This document shows, one piece after another, positions 24,962-37,473 of a stretch of 64,000 bases of DNA. Both the position numbers and the translations under genes were made by a program. The notes beneath the pieces were generated by a model. It worked only from the letters and a program-made list of their open reading frames with translations. It was not told where the DNA came from and did no database searches. Location: the NCBI RefSeq assembly GCF_018977255.1, contig NW_024704742.1, positions 123,072,001-123,136,000 on the forward strand, in the 5' to 3' direction. This stretch comes from Callorhinchus milii (lineage: Eukaryota). Every line of letters begins with the position of its first letter. The stretch's first letter is position 1.

Positions 24962-25620
24962 AATAGTAATATAATAATCCTCATTGATATAGCGCCTTTT
25001 CGCATCATTGAGACGTCTCAAAGCGCTTCACAGAATAATAATAATAATAAATAATAATAATCCTTGCATTTGATATAGCGCTTTTCACGTCGGGAGGACG
25101 TCCCAAAGCGCTTCACAGAACACACTATAAAGTGAATTGACTGTATATTTGTGGGCGAACGCGGCAGCCAATTGCACACAGCAATGTCCCACAAACAGTC
25201 GTGGATTGAAAATGACCAATTTATTATTGTTTTTGATTTTTGGAGGGATTATTATTAGGCGTGTGGAGTAAGGAAACTTGTCCAAGGTTTCGCCCTCTGC
25301 CTGGAATTGAACTCAGGTCTCTCACTTGCAAAGCGAGTGCTCTAACCACTGAGCTACAGGACTCCAAATATTAATATACTGTAAAGTGAATTGACTGTAT
25401 ATTTTGTGGCAAAATGCAGCAGTCAATTGCGCACAGCAGTGTCCCACAATCAGTCGTGGAGTGAGTGACCACATTTTTTAAGGGGAAAGATTATTACCCC
25501 CGGAAAAAGCGACCTACCAATCGACTAACAACCAGCCTCTTACTTACTGGTGTGGATTAAGGAAACTTGCCTGAGGTTTCACCCTGCCCGGGAATCAAAT
25601 CCGGGTGCTATCGCTTGAAA
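24962..25620 (-). mobile_element. Long-subfamily Deu-SINE with a nested full-length short-subfamily SINE (25034-25365)
   Basis: The host breaks at ...CTTCACAGAATA and resumes at AATATACTGTAAAGTG (about 25373); the insert is near-identical to 28815-29130. Confidence 0.92.
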
Positions 25621-25900
25621 GCTGTCCTGCAGTTGCCCACTGGACTTGCCAGCCATGATCGCAGTGGTGTAAGTGCCAGTTGGCAGGTTACCAAAGAATA
25701 CCACTGTCCAAGCACCCCAGCACAATGCAATTTGCAGTTGCCAAATCTAATGGGTAGTGTGAGTCAGCTTCAAGACCAACCTTTCCGATTCCAGCTGGGG
25801 AGTGAAGGAGTCACACTAGTTGATAAATTAAGACAGCGACAGTGCAAACATTTTCACTGCTGTGATAAATAACATCATAGGTGCAATTCTCACCCCTGTA

Positions 25901-26303
25901 TTCAGAGCGCGATTTGTTTTGTTACACGTGAGTGAAAGAGCTCTTTCCCTATATATAATAATAATCCTTGAATTTGATATAGCGCTTTTCATGTCGGGAG
26001 GACGTCCCAAAGCGCTTCACAGAACACACTGTAAAGTGAATTGACTATATTTGTGGGCGAACGCAGCAGCCAATTGCGCACAGCAATGTCCCACAAACAG
26101 TCGTAGATTGAAAATGACCAGTTATTTCATGTAAATAGGCACTAGGCACACAGGAAAACATCAGCGTAGCTGATAGCAGAAGAAACCTCAAAATGAAACT
26201 AGACAAGTTCCTGTTGATGGAAAGAATTGAGAATTACTAGATGAAGTGACACTTAACAGAGAGCTCTTTCACTCACGTGTAACAAAACAAATCGCGCTCT
26301 GAA
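25901..26303. repeat. Perfect 44-bp inverted repeat enclosing a truncated SINE (25951-26125, -) and about 134 bp of other sequence
   Basis: 25901-25944 TTCAGAGCGCGATTTGTTTTGTTACACGTGAGTGAAAGAGCTCT is the exact reverse complement of 26260-26303. Confidence 0.97.
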
Positions 26304-26896
26304 ACACGAGCCTGCATGGAGGGTGCTATATAAGTGCAAGTTGTTGTTGATATATTGTTCCTCCCTAGCATCCCTTTAAACATGGCATCTCATTCAAAAA
26401 TGAAGCTGGGAAAACTGATGGCCACATTCATCATAATACCTCCAAACAGTCATTCTGGGATTAAAATAAATAAAAGAAGAATGCACACAAATTTAAATAT
26501 TTTACATTAATACCTGCCAAAAATCAGGGCTTGGCTCACAGTCAGAGCTTATATGAATCAGTCTGCAAAATGCCAGGAATTGTTAAAAACATCAAGTGGC
26601 TTAATGGGCTCCATTGTCATATTGGGCAATCTTCAACCTGTTTTGGGGGGCATTTGACTGAAACATTGGAGCTCTAAGAGCAGAAGTCTAACAGCTAGCT
26701 AAAATGTTTACATGCTGATATCAGAGAAAAGTTGGATGGAATAGGCTTGGAATAATGATGCAAAGATACAGTGAAGCCTGTGTTAAGAAAATTGTTTTAA
26801 TTATTTGCTGTAAGATGGAAATAAAGATTCTTATAGCACCAAATTCAGCAGTTATTTGCTCCAGTAAGGTCCCACAAGGTCCCACAAATAGCAATA

Positions 26897-27010
26897 TAAT
26901 AATAATAATCCTTGCATTTGATAAAGCGCCTTATCATGTCATTGAGACGTCTCAAAGTGCTTCACAGAATATACTGTAAGGTGAATTGACTGTATATTTT
27001 GTGGGCGAAA
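26897..27010 (-). mobile_element. 5'-truncated young Deu-SINE with fold-back junction
   Basis: SINE 3' end; TGACTGTATATTTT (26987-27000) pairs with AAAATATACAGTCA (27008-27021). Confidence 0.88.
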
Positions 27011-28814
27011 ATATACAGTCATTATAAGGTGAATAACTAATTAATCTGAGAGATGCTTGGCCAGAACAACAAGAGAATCTTCCTTCTGAATCCTTTCTTT
27101 TTCAAATGGTGTTTTAGGATTTTTAATGTCTACTTGTACAAGCAGACGAGACTTTGGTTTTATGTCTCAGTGAAAATTTGGCAACTTTGACAATGCAGCG
27201 CTCCTCCAGCATGGACAATAATCTCAAATTATAATACGGGTCTTGAAACCCACAACCTTCTTAAAGCACAACAATATTACCAATTGTATCAAGTTGCCAT
27301 ATTTAACATATTCGAGCAGGTGATAGACTGGTACAGTGCACAGATTTAAAAGAATCATTTTCACAGTATATATACTTATATACTGTATATCTTCCACTCC
27401 ACTTATATGTGGGTCTCATATGCAACAACCTTTATCAAGTCTGATATCATTTCTAATCTGGCTCTGATGGGTATAACGAACAAATATTTTCTGTAATTCC
27501 TAATTAATTTCATATAAAACAATTACGTCAAGAATTGTAATTGAACAAAATAATAAGCAATTTCCAACCAGGGCTCAATTTATTTTAGGATTTACCACAG
27601 TGTAGGTATTCCAATATATACAAGTCTAGCTCTAAACATGTGTTGACCTATTGCATAGGATAAGATCTGACTGGGCTTTTACTTCCATTTCTTATAACAT
27701 ACAACTACACTGACTACAGTCCATTTATGAGCATTCTATTGTCATAATTGTCAATCTTGCAATAATATAGGAGGATTTTGTACTTTTGCAATCATGTAAA
27801 AGTAGGGGTCAGATGAGTGCAGTACATTGATGCAAACTCTTTACAACAATATAATGATACATTGGTCAGAGAAGACAGCAATGAATGATTTTACTTGTAT
27901 TTTATGCTTTAAGGAGCAATGACATTTGGACTTAACATTCTATTAACATTCCAAGGTATTTTTTGTGTGAGAATGACAAAGAATCATAGAAAGCTTACAG
28001 CTCAAAAGGAGGCCATTTGACCCATGGTTTCTGTGCTGGCAACCCCACTGGAGCTTTACCGAAATTCCATTTCCCTGCTCTTTGCCCACACTCTTTCTTG
28101 ACTATTTTTCCTGTTCCCATATTTAATGTTTTTGTAGACTCAATTTCAAAAGACATTTAAGGTAAAGCATACCATACGTTAACTTTGTAAAATAGATTTC
28201 TCTCCTGCCCTTTTTACTCCTTTTGTCTGTAACTGAAAATATCTGGAAAAATGTAATATTCCAGCCCTGAACACAACTATACTTGGTGTTGTGCATCTTA
28301 ACATTGCTCAACCCTCTTCCAATATCTCATTCAACTGTAACTCTAGTCCAGTGGACAGAATTGGCTCGTGGGGCTGTCAAGAATTGTGCCGAATATTCCC
28401 ACTAGTCTTGGTGAGTCTGTTTTAAATCAATGCTTTTGTTTCCATTTTTTCTTGATTGATAATTTCTTCATTTATGGCATAAGACAAGAAATATTCAATC
28501 TAGAAAATATATTTTGTTGGCCAACCAAAATGATTGCCCACCACTGCCCTAGATCCGTAAGTATCAATAAGCTATTTGAACATGGTGGGGAGTGGGTAAT
28601 GGAGGGAATTATGGTTTGGCCCAAACCTGCCTTCAGCTAACATATAGGTGGACATATTCCTACAGCACAGAGTGGGGACCAAGCGTAAGGCCTTCCTGGT
28701 CTGTGTGTTGTCTAAATATTTCATGGGACGGCAGATGAGAGCTCCAATTTGTGCCGCCAAATCCCTGTAATCCAAGAACAACAACAACAACAAGATCAGA
28801 TCATACAGGATCGT

Positions 28815-29130
28815 GGAGTCCTGTAGCTCAGTGGTTAGAGCACTCGCTTTGCAAGTGAGAGACCTGAGTTCAATTCCAGGCAGGGCAAAACCTTGGGCAA
28901 GTTTCCTTACTCCACACGCCTAATAATAATCCCTCCAAAAAAAAACCAAAACAATAATAAATTGGTCATTTTTAATCTACGACTGTTTGTGGGACATTGC
29001 TGTGCGCAATTGGCTGCCGCGTTCGCCCACAAATATACAGTCAATTCACTTTACAGTGTGTTCTGTGAAGCGCTTTGGGACGTCCTCCCGACATGAAAAG
29101 CGCTATATCAAATGCAAGGATTATTATTAT
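28815..29130 (+). mobile_element. Full-length young tRNA-Ala(UGC)-derived Deu-domain SINE (short subfamily)
   Basis: A box TAGCTCAGTGG (28824-28834), anticodon arm CTCGC-TTTGCAA-GTGAG, B box GAGTTCAATTCC (28866-28877), Deu core TGTTTGTGGGACATTGCTGTGCGCAATTGGCTGCCGCG, L2-like tail and (TTA)n. Confidence 0.95.
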
Positions 29131-30259
29131 ACCTTTCACTTTGGATAACAATTCAAGGCACTTCGGAGGTATGGAAACCCAAGCAAAGTGAGGAAGCATG
29201 TGTAGGGTGGAGGAGAGCAGCTGGGTGACCAATGGCCTGATGGGAGGAATAGGATTTAGCACGCTTTAAAGATAGGCAGTGAGGTGGAGGGATTTTTGGA
29301 GGAAGTTCCAGAGAGCTCCTCCTTAATGAATAACTTGTAAAGCAGATCCGCTCAGCCCAGCTCTGTTCTCTGCTGCTATTTCCTGCACTACTCAGATGCA
29401 AGCATACTTTGCATACATTTGATACAATTGATAGAAAATGCTTTTTAGTGCAAACACAGTATACTGTACATGTGGTACATGTCACTGGAGCTAGCATTTA
29501 CAAAGAAGCGATTGTTGGAGCTCTGGAATCAACCCTTACACAGAAGAATAGCTAATTAAATAAAGAATTTCTTGGTGGTATCATATTGGGCTTTTTTTTG
29601 GAATTTTGAAAAACAAATTGTTTTTAGCAATGACACAAATACAGTGTGCATTGAATCTGATAGTGGAGGTTTAAAGGTCTTAGTTTTCCCACCGAAAGTA
29701 TTTGATTTAAACTGCTGTGTGGGTGTGTGTGTGGAGAAGGTCATAACCCCCTTTATTTTTACAACTACTGCCATGATTTCATAATACTGGCAGTGGACAC
29801 ACTGCGAGTGATAGTTCAGACTTCATTGCTATGATAATATCCTAGAATACCATCATTTTAGTAAAATGATATAGCAAAAGTTTATTTGTAATAAAAGGCA
29901 TGTGTAAGAATACCCTCTTTCTGAGCAATTTTTTAATCTTGTTTTTACTATTTCTCTAAGGATTCAGATTTCCTTTCCATTCTATACTATCCAATGCATG
30001 ATACAGTTTACAGCATTAATGTTGAGGTGCTTAAGGAGTCCATGTTCTGTGACCTGGTTGTTTTTGGAGCAATCACTTTTATTGCAGTAGTTTTTTTTGA
30101 ATGAGGTCTGATGAGGCATCTCAGTATAGGAACACAAGAACCTACCTAAGCATTAGAGAGATAGGACAATGTTAAATTCAAGTCCTGAGGTGTGTATCTG
30201 TCATTTGAAAGAGTCAAAACAAACAGTATCAATACCCTTGGGAATAATCCTCCATTATT

Positions 30260-30762
30260 TGCAGATGGGATACCACACCAAGCTCCGTAACCCTATCACA
30301 CTCATCCTTGCCTGACTCCGCTCATCACACACAGGATACAGTTCAAGATCCTGGCCATCACCTTCAAAGCCCTCCATAACCTTGCTCCCCCTACCTCTGT
30401 GACCTCCTAACCCTCTACCAACCTGGCCACACCATCCACTCAGCAGACTCCGGCCTGCTTCATGTCCCCCGCCTCGCCTACCCCACCATTGGTGGGCAGG
30501 CCTTCAGCCACTCTGCCCAACTGTCTGGAACTCTATCCTGCGGTATCTTTGCCTCGCCCCCTCCCTTGCCTCCTTCAAGACCCATCTCAAGACCCTCATC
30601 TTCGACTGTGCCTTCGATCACCCTCCTTCCCCCCCTGCCATCCACCCTCCCCGATCCCTCCTCCCAGCTCGGGTCCAAAATACCAATTGTCCAGCACCTT
30701 GGTATGTCCTCCCGATGTGAAAGGCTCTATACAAATATAATTTTCTTGTTGTTGTTGTTATT
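30260..30762 (+). mobile_element. L2 LINE 3' fragment
   Basis: Similar to 1230-1720; ends in TTG repeats. Confidence 0.9.
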
Positions 30763-31844
30763 GCTCTTGCTGATAGGAAAAATAATTGCTATCATCTCCA
30801 GTTAAACAAGAACAAATAAAGAGAATCTGCATGGTGGATATTATGTATGGGTCCCAATATATTTTGAAGAGTTAAGTTATTTGGATCACCTCCAGAAGTT
30901 AAGGATGAAATGCAAAATGCTAAGAAAAATACACATACTTACGTAAGTTAATGGAAATCCTGTTTACAATATAAATTGAGAAACGCTTTGAGACATCTTC
31001 TCCACATGAAAGGTACTATATAATTTTAAATTGTATTGAATTTGGTCTGTCTTATATAGTGCCATGTAATTTCATTGAATTTACATTCATTACCTGTTTT
31101 AGTGTACAAATCTATGTGCAGCTGTGCATGTTTCCACAAGTGTAAAATCAATATTAATGTCCAGCGTTCATATGAATCTGTCAACAGGGGCATGTTAATG
31201 AGACATACAGGCAACGTGCAGGCAAACTGTCTCTTGTGCATTAATGTAATTTTGTGTGGTTGCAGAGAGACAGAAAGAGTACCAGTCAGGCAAGAAAATA
31301 AGGTGTCAAGTGGTGGAAACGACTAAACCATTATATTCTGTTCTGTTCATAAAAATAAAAATAAATTGTTGCATTTGATTTAGCACCTTTCACATCAGGA
31401 TGACATCTCAAAGGGCTTCATAGGATTAACTGTAAAATATAGTGATGGTGAAGTGTGGTGTATTTTGAAGGCCAATTTGGGCACAGCAATGTTCCACTAA
31501 CAGCCATGAAGTGAATGTTGAATTTCATCTACCTTTTTTCAAAATTACCAAACATAGGAATGCAGGAAACAAATTGGAGAATTGAACAGGATATGTTCCA
31601 AAATATAGTCACAATACACACAAAAATTCAGTAACGATTTTTATCAGTGGGAAAGAGAAAGGTCAATTACCTCATGCTTTCTTATGCAGGAAAAGTAACG
31701 TGGGAACCAATGTTGGATGACTGGTCATTAGTGTTTGTGTTTATTAATTATCACAGTGTGAATAAAAAATATCTACTCTTTTTTTCATTATTATCTTTGC
31801 TGTTTTTCCTACATATTCAGTTGTCTCTCACTTTGTACTGATTG

Positions 31845-33180
31845 TCAACTTGGCTCAATTGGTAGCGCTCAGAGTCAGAAGGTTTTGGGTCAAGCCCCAC
31901 TTTGAGACTTTGAGCTCATAGGCGAGGCTGCTGGGTGAGAGCTATGCTGTTGGAGACACCATCCTTTGGATTAGATGTTAAACTGAGATTCTGTCTGTCT
32001 GTTCAGGTGGACATAAGAACATAAGAACATTAGAATTAGGAGCAGGAGTAGGCCATTCGGCCCCTCGAGCCTGCCCCGCCATTAGATAAGATCATGGCTG
32101 ATCTTCAGACCTAACTCTAACTACCTGCCATATCTCCATATCCCCTAATCCCTCTATTTTTTAAATATCTATCAGTCTCAGCCTTGAAAATGTTCAAGGA
32201 CTGAGCATCTACAGCCTTCTGGGGTAGTGAATTCCATAAATTCACTACCCTCTGAGTGAAGAAATGTTTCCTCAACTCTGTTCTAAAAGGCTGACCCTTA
32301 ATTTTAAGACTGTGACCCCTGGTTATAGATTCTCCTACCAGGGGAAACAGTCCCTCAGTGTCTACTTTATCCAGCCCTTTAAGAATCTTATATGTTTCAA
32401 TAAGATCGCCCCTAATTCTTCTAGAGAATACAACCCTAGTTTATTCAGCCTATAGGTCAGTCCCCTCATCCCGGGAACTAACCTAGTGAATCTACGCTGC
32501 ACCTCCTCAAGGGCAAGTATGTCCTTTTTTAAATAAGGAGACCAAAACTGCACACAATACTCTAGGTGCGGTCTCACCAAGGCCCTATACAGTTGCAGCT
32601 AGACTTCCCTACTCTTGTACACTAAACCTTTTGCAATGAATGCTAACATGCCGTTTGCCTTCTTAATTGCTTGCTGCACCAGCAAACTAACTTTTTGAGA
32701 CTGGTGTACAACGACACCCACATTCCTCTGAACACTAACACTATCTAATCTCTCCCCCTCTAGAAAATAATCTGTTTTTCTATTTTTGCTACCTAGGTGA
32801 ATAACTTCACACTTCCCCACATTAAATTCCATCTGCCACCTACTCGCCCACTCCCCTAGCCTATCTATATCCCATTGCAATCTTTTGCATCTTCCTCAGA
32901 GCCTACTCTTCCACCTAGTTTAATGTCATTTTTTTTCTTTTTTTTAATCTATGTGCAGATTAAATCTATGTTCAGATAAAAATCACCCACAATTAATGTT
33001 TCATCAAAGTTTCATCAAAGATCCCATGGCAATAATTGAAAACTAAAGGAGTTTTTCCAGTGTTCTGACCAACATTCTCCCAGATAAAATTGGTCATGCA
33101 CTTCATAGATGTTTGAGGGACATTGCAAAGTGGCCTCCACATTTGCCTAGAAAATACAGTCACTACACTTCACAGTAAAA
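31845..33180 (+). mobile_element. Older Deu-SINE split by a CR1 insertion
   Basis: Head to ...GTTCAGGTGGA at about 31845-32011; resumes AAAGATCCCATGGCA at about 33017. Confidence 0.75.
32011..32930 (-). mobile_element. CR1 LINE 3' fragment
   Basis: ORFs [36 protein letters not shown] and QWDIDRLGEWASRWQMEFNVGKCEVIHLG; (CATAAGAA)n tail at 32011. Confidence 0.95.
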
Positions 33181-33214
33181 CCAAATTCATTCCATTAGAT
33201 ATTTCTTCCATTTT

Positions 33215-33817
33215 CATATTCATGACATCCAGGCTTGACTATACAACTCCCTGCTTGTCGGCCTCCACAATTCCTCCCACCATAGGCTGCAGATCATCCA
33301 GAACTCTGCAGCCCGTGTCCTCTCCTGCACCAAGCTCCATTATCCTATCACCACCATCCTCGACCAACTCCACTGCCTTCCCATCACACTGAGGATACAG
33401 TTCAAGATGCTGGTCCTCACCTTCAAAGCCCTCCATGACCTTGCTCCCCCCCTACCTCTGTGATGACCTCCTACCCCCTACCAACCTGCCCGCTCTCTCT
33501 GCTCAACAGGCTGCAGCCTGCTTCATGTCTCCCGCCTTGCCTGCTCCACCATGAGGGGCAGGCCTTCAGCCACTCTGCCCCACCCTCTGGAACTCCATCC
33601 CACAGTTCCTCCGCCTCTCCCCCCTCCCTCGCCTCCTTCAAAACCCATCTCAAGACTCTCCTCTTTGACCGTTTCTTCAATCACCCTCCTTTCCCCCCTG
33701 CCCTCTACCCTCCCCAATACCAATTCCCAGCTCAGGTCTGAAACGTCCAGTGCCTTGGGACGTCTTCCCGATGGGAAAGGTGCTATACAAATGTAATTTT
33801 GTTGTTGTAGTTGTTGT
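33215..33817 (+). mobile_element. L2 LINE 3' fragment
   Basis: FMTSRLDY..., similar to 1125-1720, with TTG tail. Confidence 0.92.
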
Positions 33818-35800
33818 TCTCTACACCATATGTGAAAAATTAAGACATATGACCTTTTTTTTAAAAGCTTTTTTATAGCTCCATAATAGTAAATTCAGTG
33901 CTTCAGATGCAACTAAGCCAAACAGATCTGTAAGGTCCCAAGTCTAGGTTGAGTTAGCTGATCTGTGATGGGGCAGGAATTGGATGTTATAGTTGACCTC
34001 AGCACCTTAAGGAGAGGAAGTTACAAAATTACACTTTTATTGTGAAGAAGAATAAGTCACAATAACAAACAATAATCCATACATTTTCATGTCTGAAGGT
34101 GTCATAAAGCACTTCAAAGTGAAACAGTGAAATGTGGAAGACAGTTATAGTAAAGAGTGAGGAAGCCAGCACTGTGAGGGAACTGTATTAACATCCATGG
34201 AGACGCAAGCATTAATCCTGGAAGCTTCAGTTTGCACTCACTCAGTGTGTTGATTCAGCTACTGACACTGCCAGATCCAGTAACACCTCTCTGACAAGCA
34301 CCAAGCACCACACCAAGAAATATTGTGGTTATTTAATCTCAGACCCCATTTCTCGATTTCAGGCAGGTTCTTTGTTTGCAAATTTGACTGACGTTATGTG
34401 GCAAAGTTCCCATCTCGGAGTCCTTGACTGCCCCCACAGATTTAATCAGATTTAATTTTTTTTAGCTCAATAAGTGTTGATGGCAATTTCAAAAATGACA
34501 AGTAGATGCACTGGATCTGATTTCTGCATACGTGCAGTAATCCCAATTAACAACACTTTTTTCCAGAATTCCTTCCCTAATATTAAAGAGCATCATTTTC
34601 ACCAGTGTTATTTCATTACAATGAACAAGGTCATGTCAAAAGATGCATTGAAACCACTGTATGCTGCATGTGTCACTGAGATCTAATATGTGGCGATCCA
34701 TAACTGGAGTTGAGAACAACAGCAACTCCAACCGGGAACCAGAAGAGGGAATGTGGCCTCTCTCCCCAGAGGGACGCATCCCACTTACCTAATTCGACAG
34801 AGGTTTAGGCGCAGGTTGGCAAGACCCAAGGCTTGGGGACCCCAGATTGTGAGATGAGGTATATCCAGCTAAAACTGTATATTGTGAACAAACTGGCAAG
34901 TTTCCCACTGCTTGTCCTGCTAGGAACACCATATGTACCCTTTAGGGCTTTGGCTTGCAGGGCTAACAGAAGCTGAGTGGGAAGAATCTCTGTCCTCTTC
35001 TGTGTTTGTTGTTTAATGTCACCGAGGAATCCAGCAAGTTAATTCCCAAATTGAATTTGGAAATACGCCACACGTATTTTTCAACCCCAATGTTAGAATG
35101 TCTATGTTTGCGACAAAGCTCAGAACAATTTGGTAGCAGTAATAAAGGAAGGAGCTGGGACTATACTGAGTTGTGAGAGCTGAAATGTTGTGTGATGAAT
35201 GGAGCTGGATAAAAAAATGTCAGCTTCAGTACAACTGGTGATGCAGCTTGATCAGCAAAAGGTCACTGCATAATTGCTTTCTGAATATGGCTTTGTTTGG
35301 ACTCATGAAATTATTGAGTTAACAATGCGACCTCAGGAGACTTTCAGTCTCTGGCCTCTCAGTATTTCTATTGGTCCATCTGTGCAAACTCGTTGAGGGT
35401 AAAGTTCACAAAACCACTTTTTAAATATAAATAAAATTGAGATCTTATTTTTGTATAATTTAAAATATTTAGTAAATATTGTGAGTTTCAGGTTTTCGTT
35501 TTTCAGAAGCAATCAGGCAGCAATTATGAATCGGTGTTGGAGACAGATGTTTCTCAACATCTGTTGGTGCATTAGTGCGTAATCTATTCAAACACTGTTC
35601 GAAAATTAAACATGACACGCACCATTAGTTACTAGAATCCCAATCAGATGCTATTGCAAGAACAACCGTAGCTTTCAAAAGGTCCAAACAGCCAGAAATC
35701 ATCTCCTGAACTGAAACTCACCAGTACTCTATAAGGTGATCTATTGTTTAAGTTTGCTGTGTGATTTTCTGAGATCGTTGGATTAAAATCCTTCTTACTC

Positions 35801-36092
35801 TATAATAATAATCTTTGCATTTGGTACATCTTGTGGGCGATATGCGGCAGCTCATTGCGTACAGCAGGTGTCCCACAAACAGTCATAGATTGAGTGACCA
35901 TATTATTATTATTGATTTTTTTAAAGAGATTATCACCCCCAGAAAAGCGATCCGCCAATTGATTAACATCTGGGTTCCTACTTACTGCTAGGTGAACAGA
36001 GGCATGTGGAGTAAGGAAACTTGACCAATGTTTCGCCCTGCCCGGCAATTGAACCCAGCTCATCTCGCTTGCTCTAACCATAGGCTACAGGA
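35801..36092 (-). mobile_element. Young Deu-SINE (long subfamily) with internal deletions
   Basis: Matches 20875-21243. Confidence 0.85.
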
Positions 36093-37152
36093 TTTCACTC
36101 TCTCTTACTCTAAACGTAAGAGAAAGAAAGAATATGAACCTTGCATTATCATATCAGCACATGCTTTACCTTATTTTTTGTCAAGTCTGCTGATTATTTT
36201 TACTGGCAAAAAAATAGCAGCTATTTTGTGTACAGTGCAGCTCCATAAACATTATCCCGCCTCCAATTTTCTGGAAGATTGCTGTTCAGGAAACCAGAAG
36301 AAATTATCTTTGAATAATATCATGGGATCAATTATCATGTCTCATCCGAAGTACAGCACCTCCCAACAAATGCAGCACCCCAGTACGATAATGGAGTGTC
36401 CCTTTTAGAGCATTGTCCCTTTTAGTACATTGATGTATGGAGAGAAAATAAATTAGGCTTGGCCTTACATTTGAGCTCATTGCTAAAATTATTTTCTGGA
36501 AAAAATATTGTTGGCTTCCCAATCACTTACTTGGTATTTAACTCACTGGGTGGGCAGACATTTCCTGGTTTATGTGGTCAACCACATAGACCAGGAAATG
36601 CCTCCCAAGGCTGTTCTGATTTATCCACTCTCATTTGGGATAGTGGTTGGTACTGCAATTGGTCTCAATGACCCTGGATTAGAGAAGGGAATATCAACCA
36701 GGACTCCTGCTGAGATGGAATCTCCCCTCTTCTCTGTGAAGGAATTCACCCTTGCTGGGGTACAGTTTCACAGGCTGAAGCCATCATCTGGGACCTGACC
36801 CAAGTGACCATTCTTATTGTGCGAGCATAGAAGAATGATTGCTGGCAGACTATTTTCATGTGGGATACATCTTGTAAGAGCCCAATGTCAAGATATGAAT
36901 TTTTCAGCAAGCATAATGACGAGGAACAGAAACTCTGACTGATTTTGCTTCCCCCCTTCCCTCTCCAGTGACTTTGATGTCAAATTATATCACCCCTTCT
37001 GCTGCCTCAGCTAACTCTGTACACACCAGTTATCAAACCTAGACCATTTGGGTCTGTAATTCCCTGGAGCAGGGAACATAACAATAGCTACAAGACAAAG
37101 AAATTCATAGGTACAAACACTGCTACTGCTACTTTGATGGAATATATGGTGT

Positions 37153-37473
37153 AGAGTCCTGTAGCTCAGTGGTTAGAGCACTCGCTTTGCAAGTGAGAGA
37201 CCTGAGTTCAATTCCAGGCAGGACGAAACCTTGGGCAAGTTTCCTTACTCCACACACCTAATAATAATCTCTCTAAAAAACAAAACAATAATAAATTGGT
37301 CATTTTCAATCTACGACTGTTTGTGGGACATTGCTGTGTGCAATTGGCTGCCGCGTTCGCCCACATATATACAGTCAATTCACTTTACAGTGTGTTCTGT
37401 GAAGCGCTTTGGGACGTCTCCCGACGTGAAAAGCGCTATATCAAATGCAAGGGTTATTTTTATTATTATTATA
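37153..37473 (+). mobile_element. Full-length young tRNA-Ala Deu-SINE (short subfamily)
   Basis: Near-identical to 28815-29130. Confidence 0.95.

Noticed and set aside
25085..25285. Recurrent small protein [34 protein letters not shown] seen in several ORFs
   Set aside because: It is the translation of the SINE 3' half, repeated because the SINE is repeated; no evidence of coding function.
28815..28890. tRNA-Ala gene (also at 37153, 59488 and minus-strand copies)
   Set aside because: Cloverleaf-like, but the T and acceptor stems are imperfect and it always continues into the SINE body; it is a SINE head.
35481..35721. 11-bp inverted repeat GTGAGTTTCAG / CTGAAACTCAC as a MITE
   Set aside because: Short, no TSD and no second copy in the window; not enough support.
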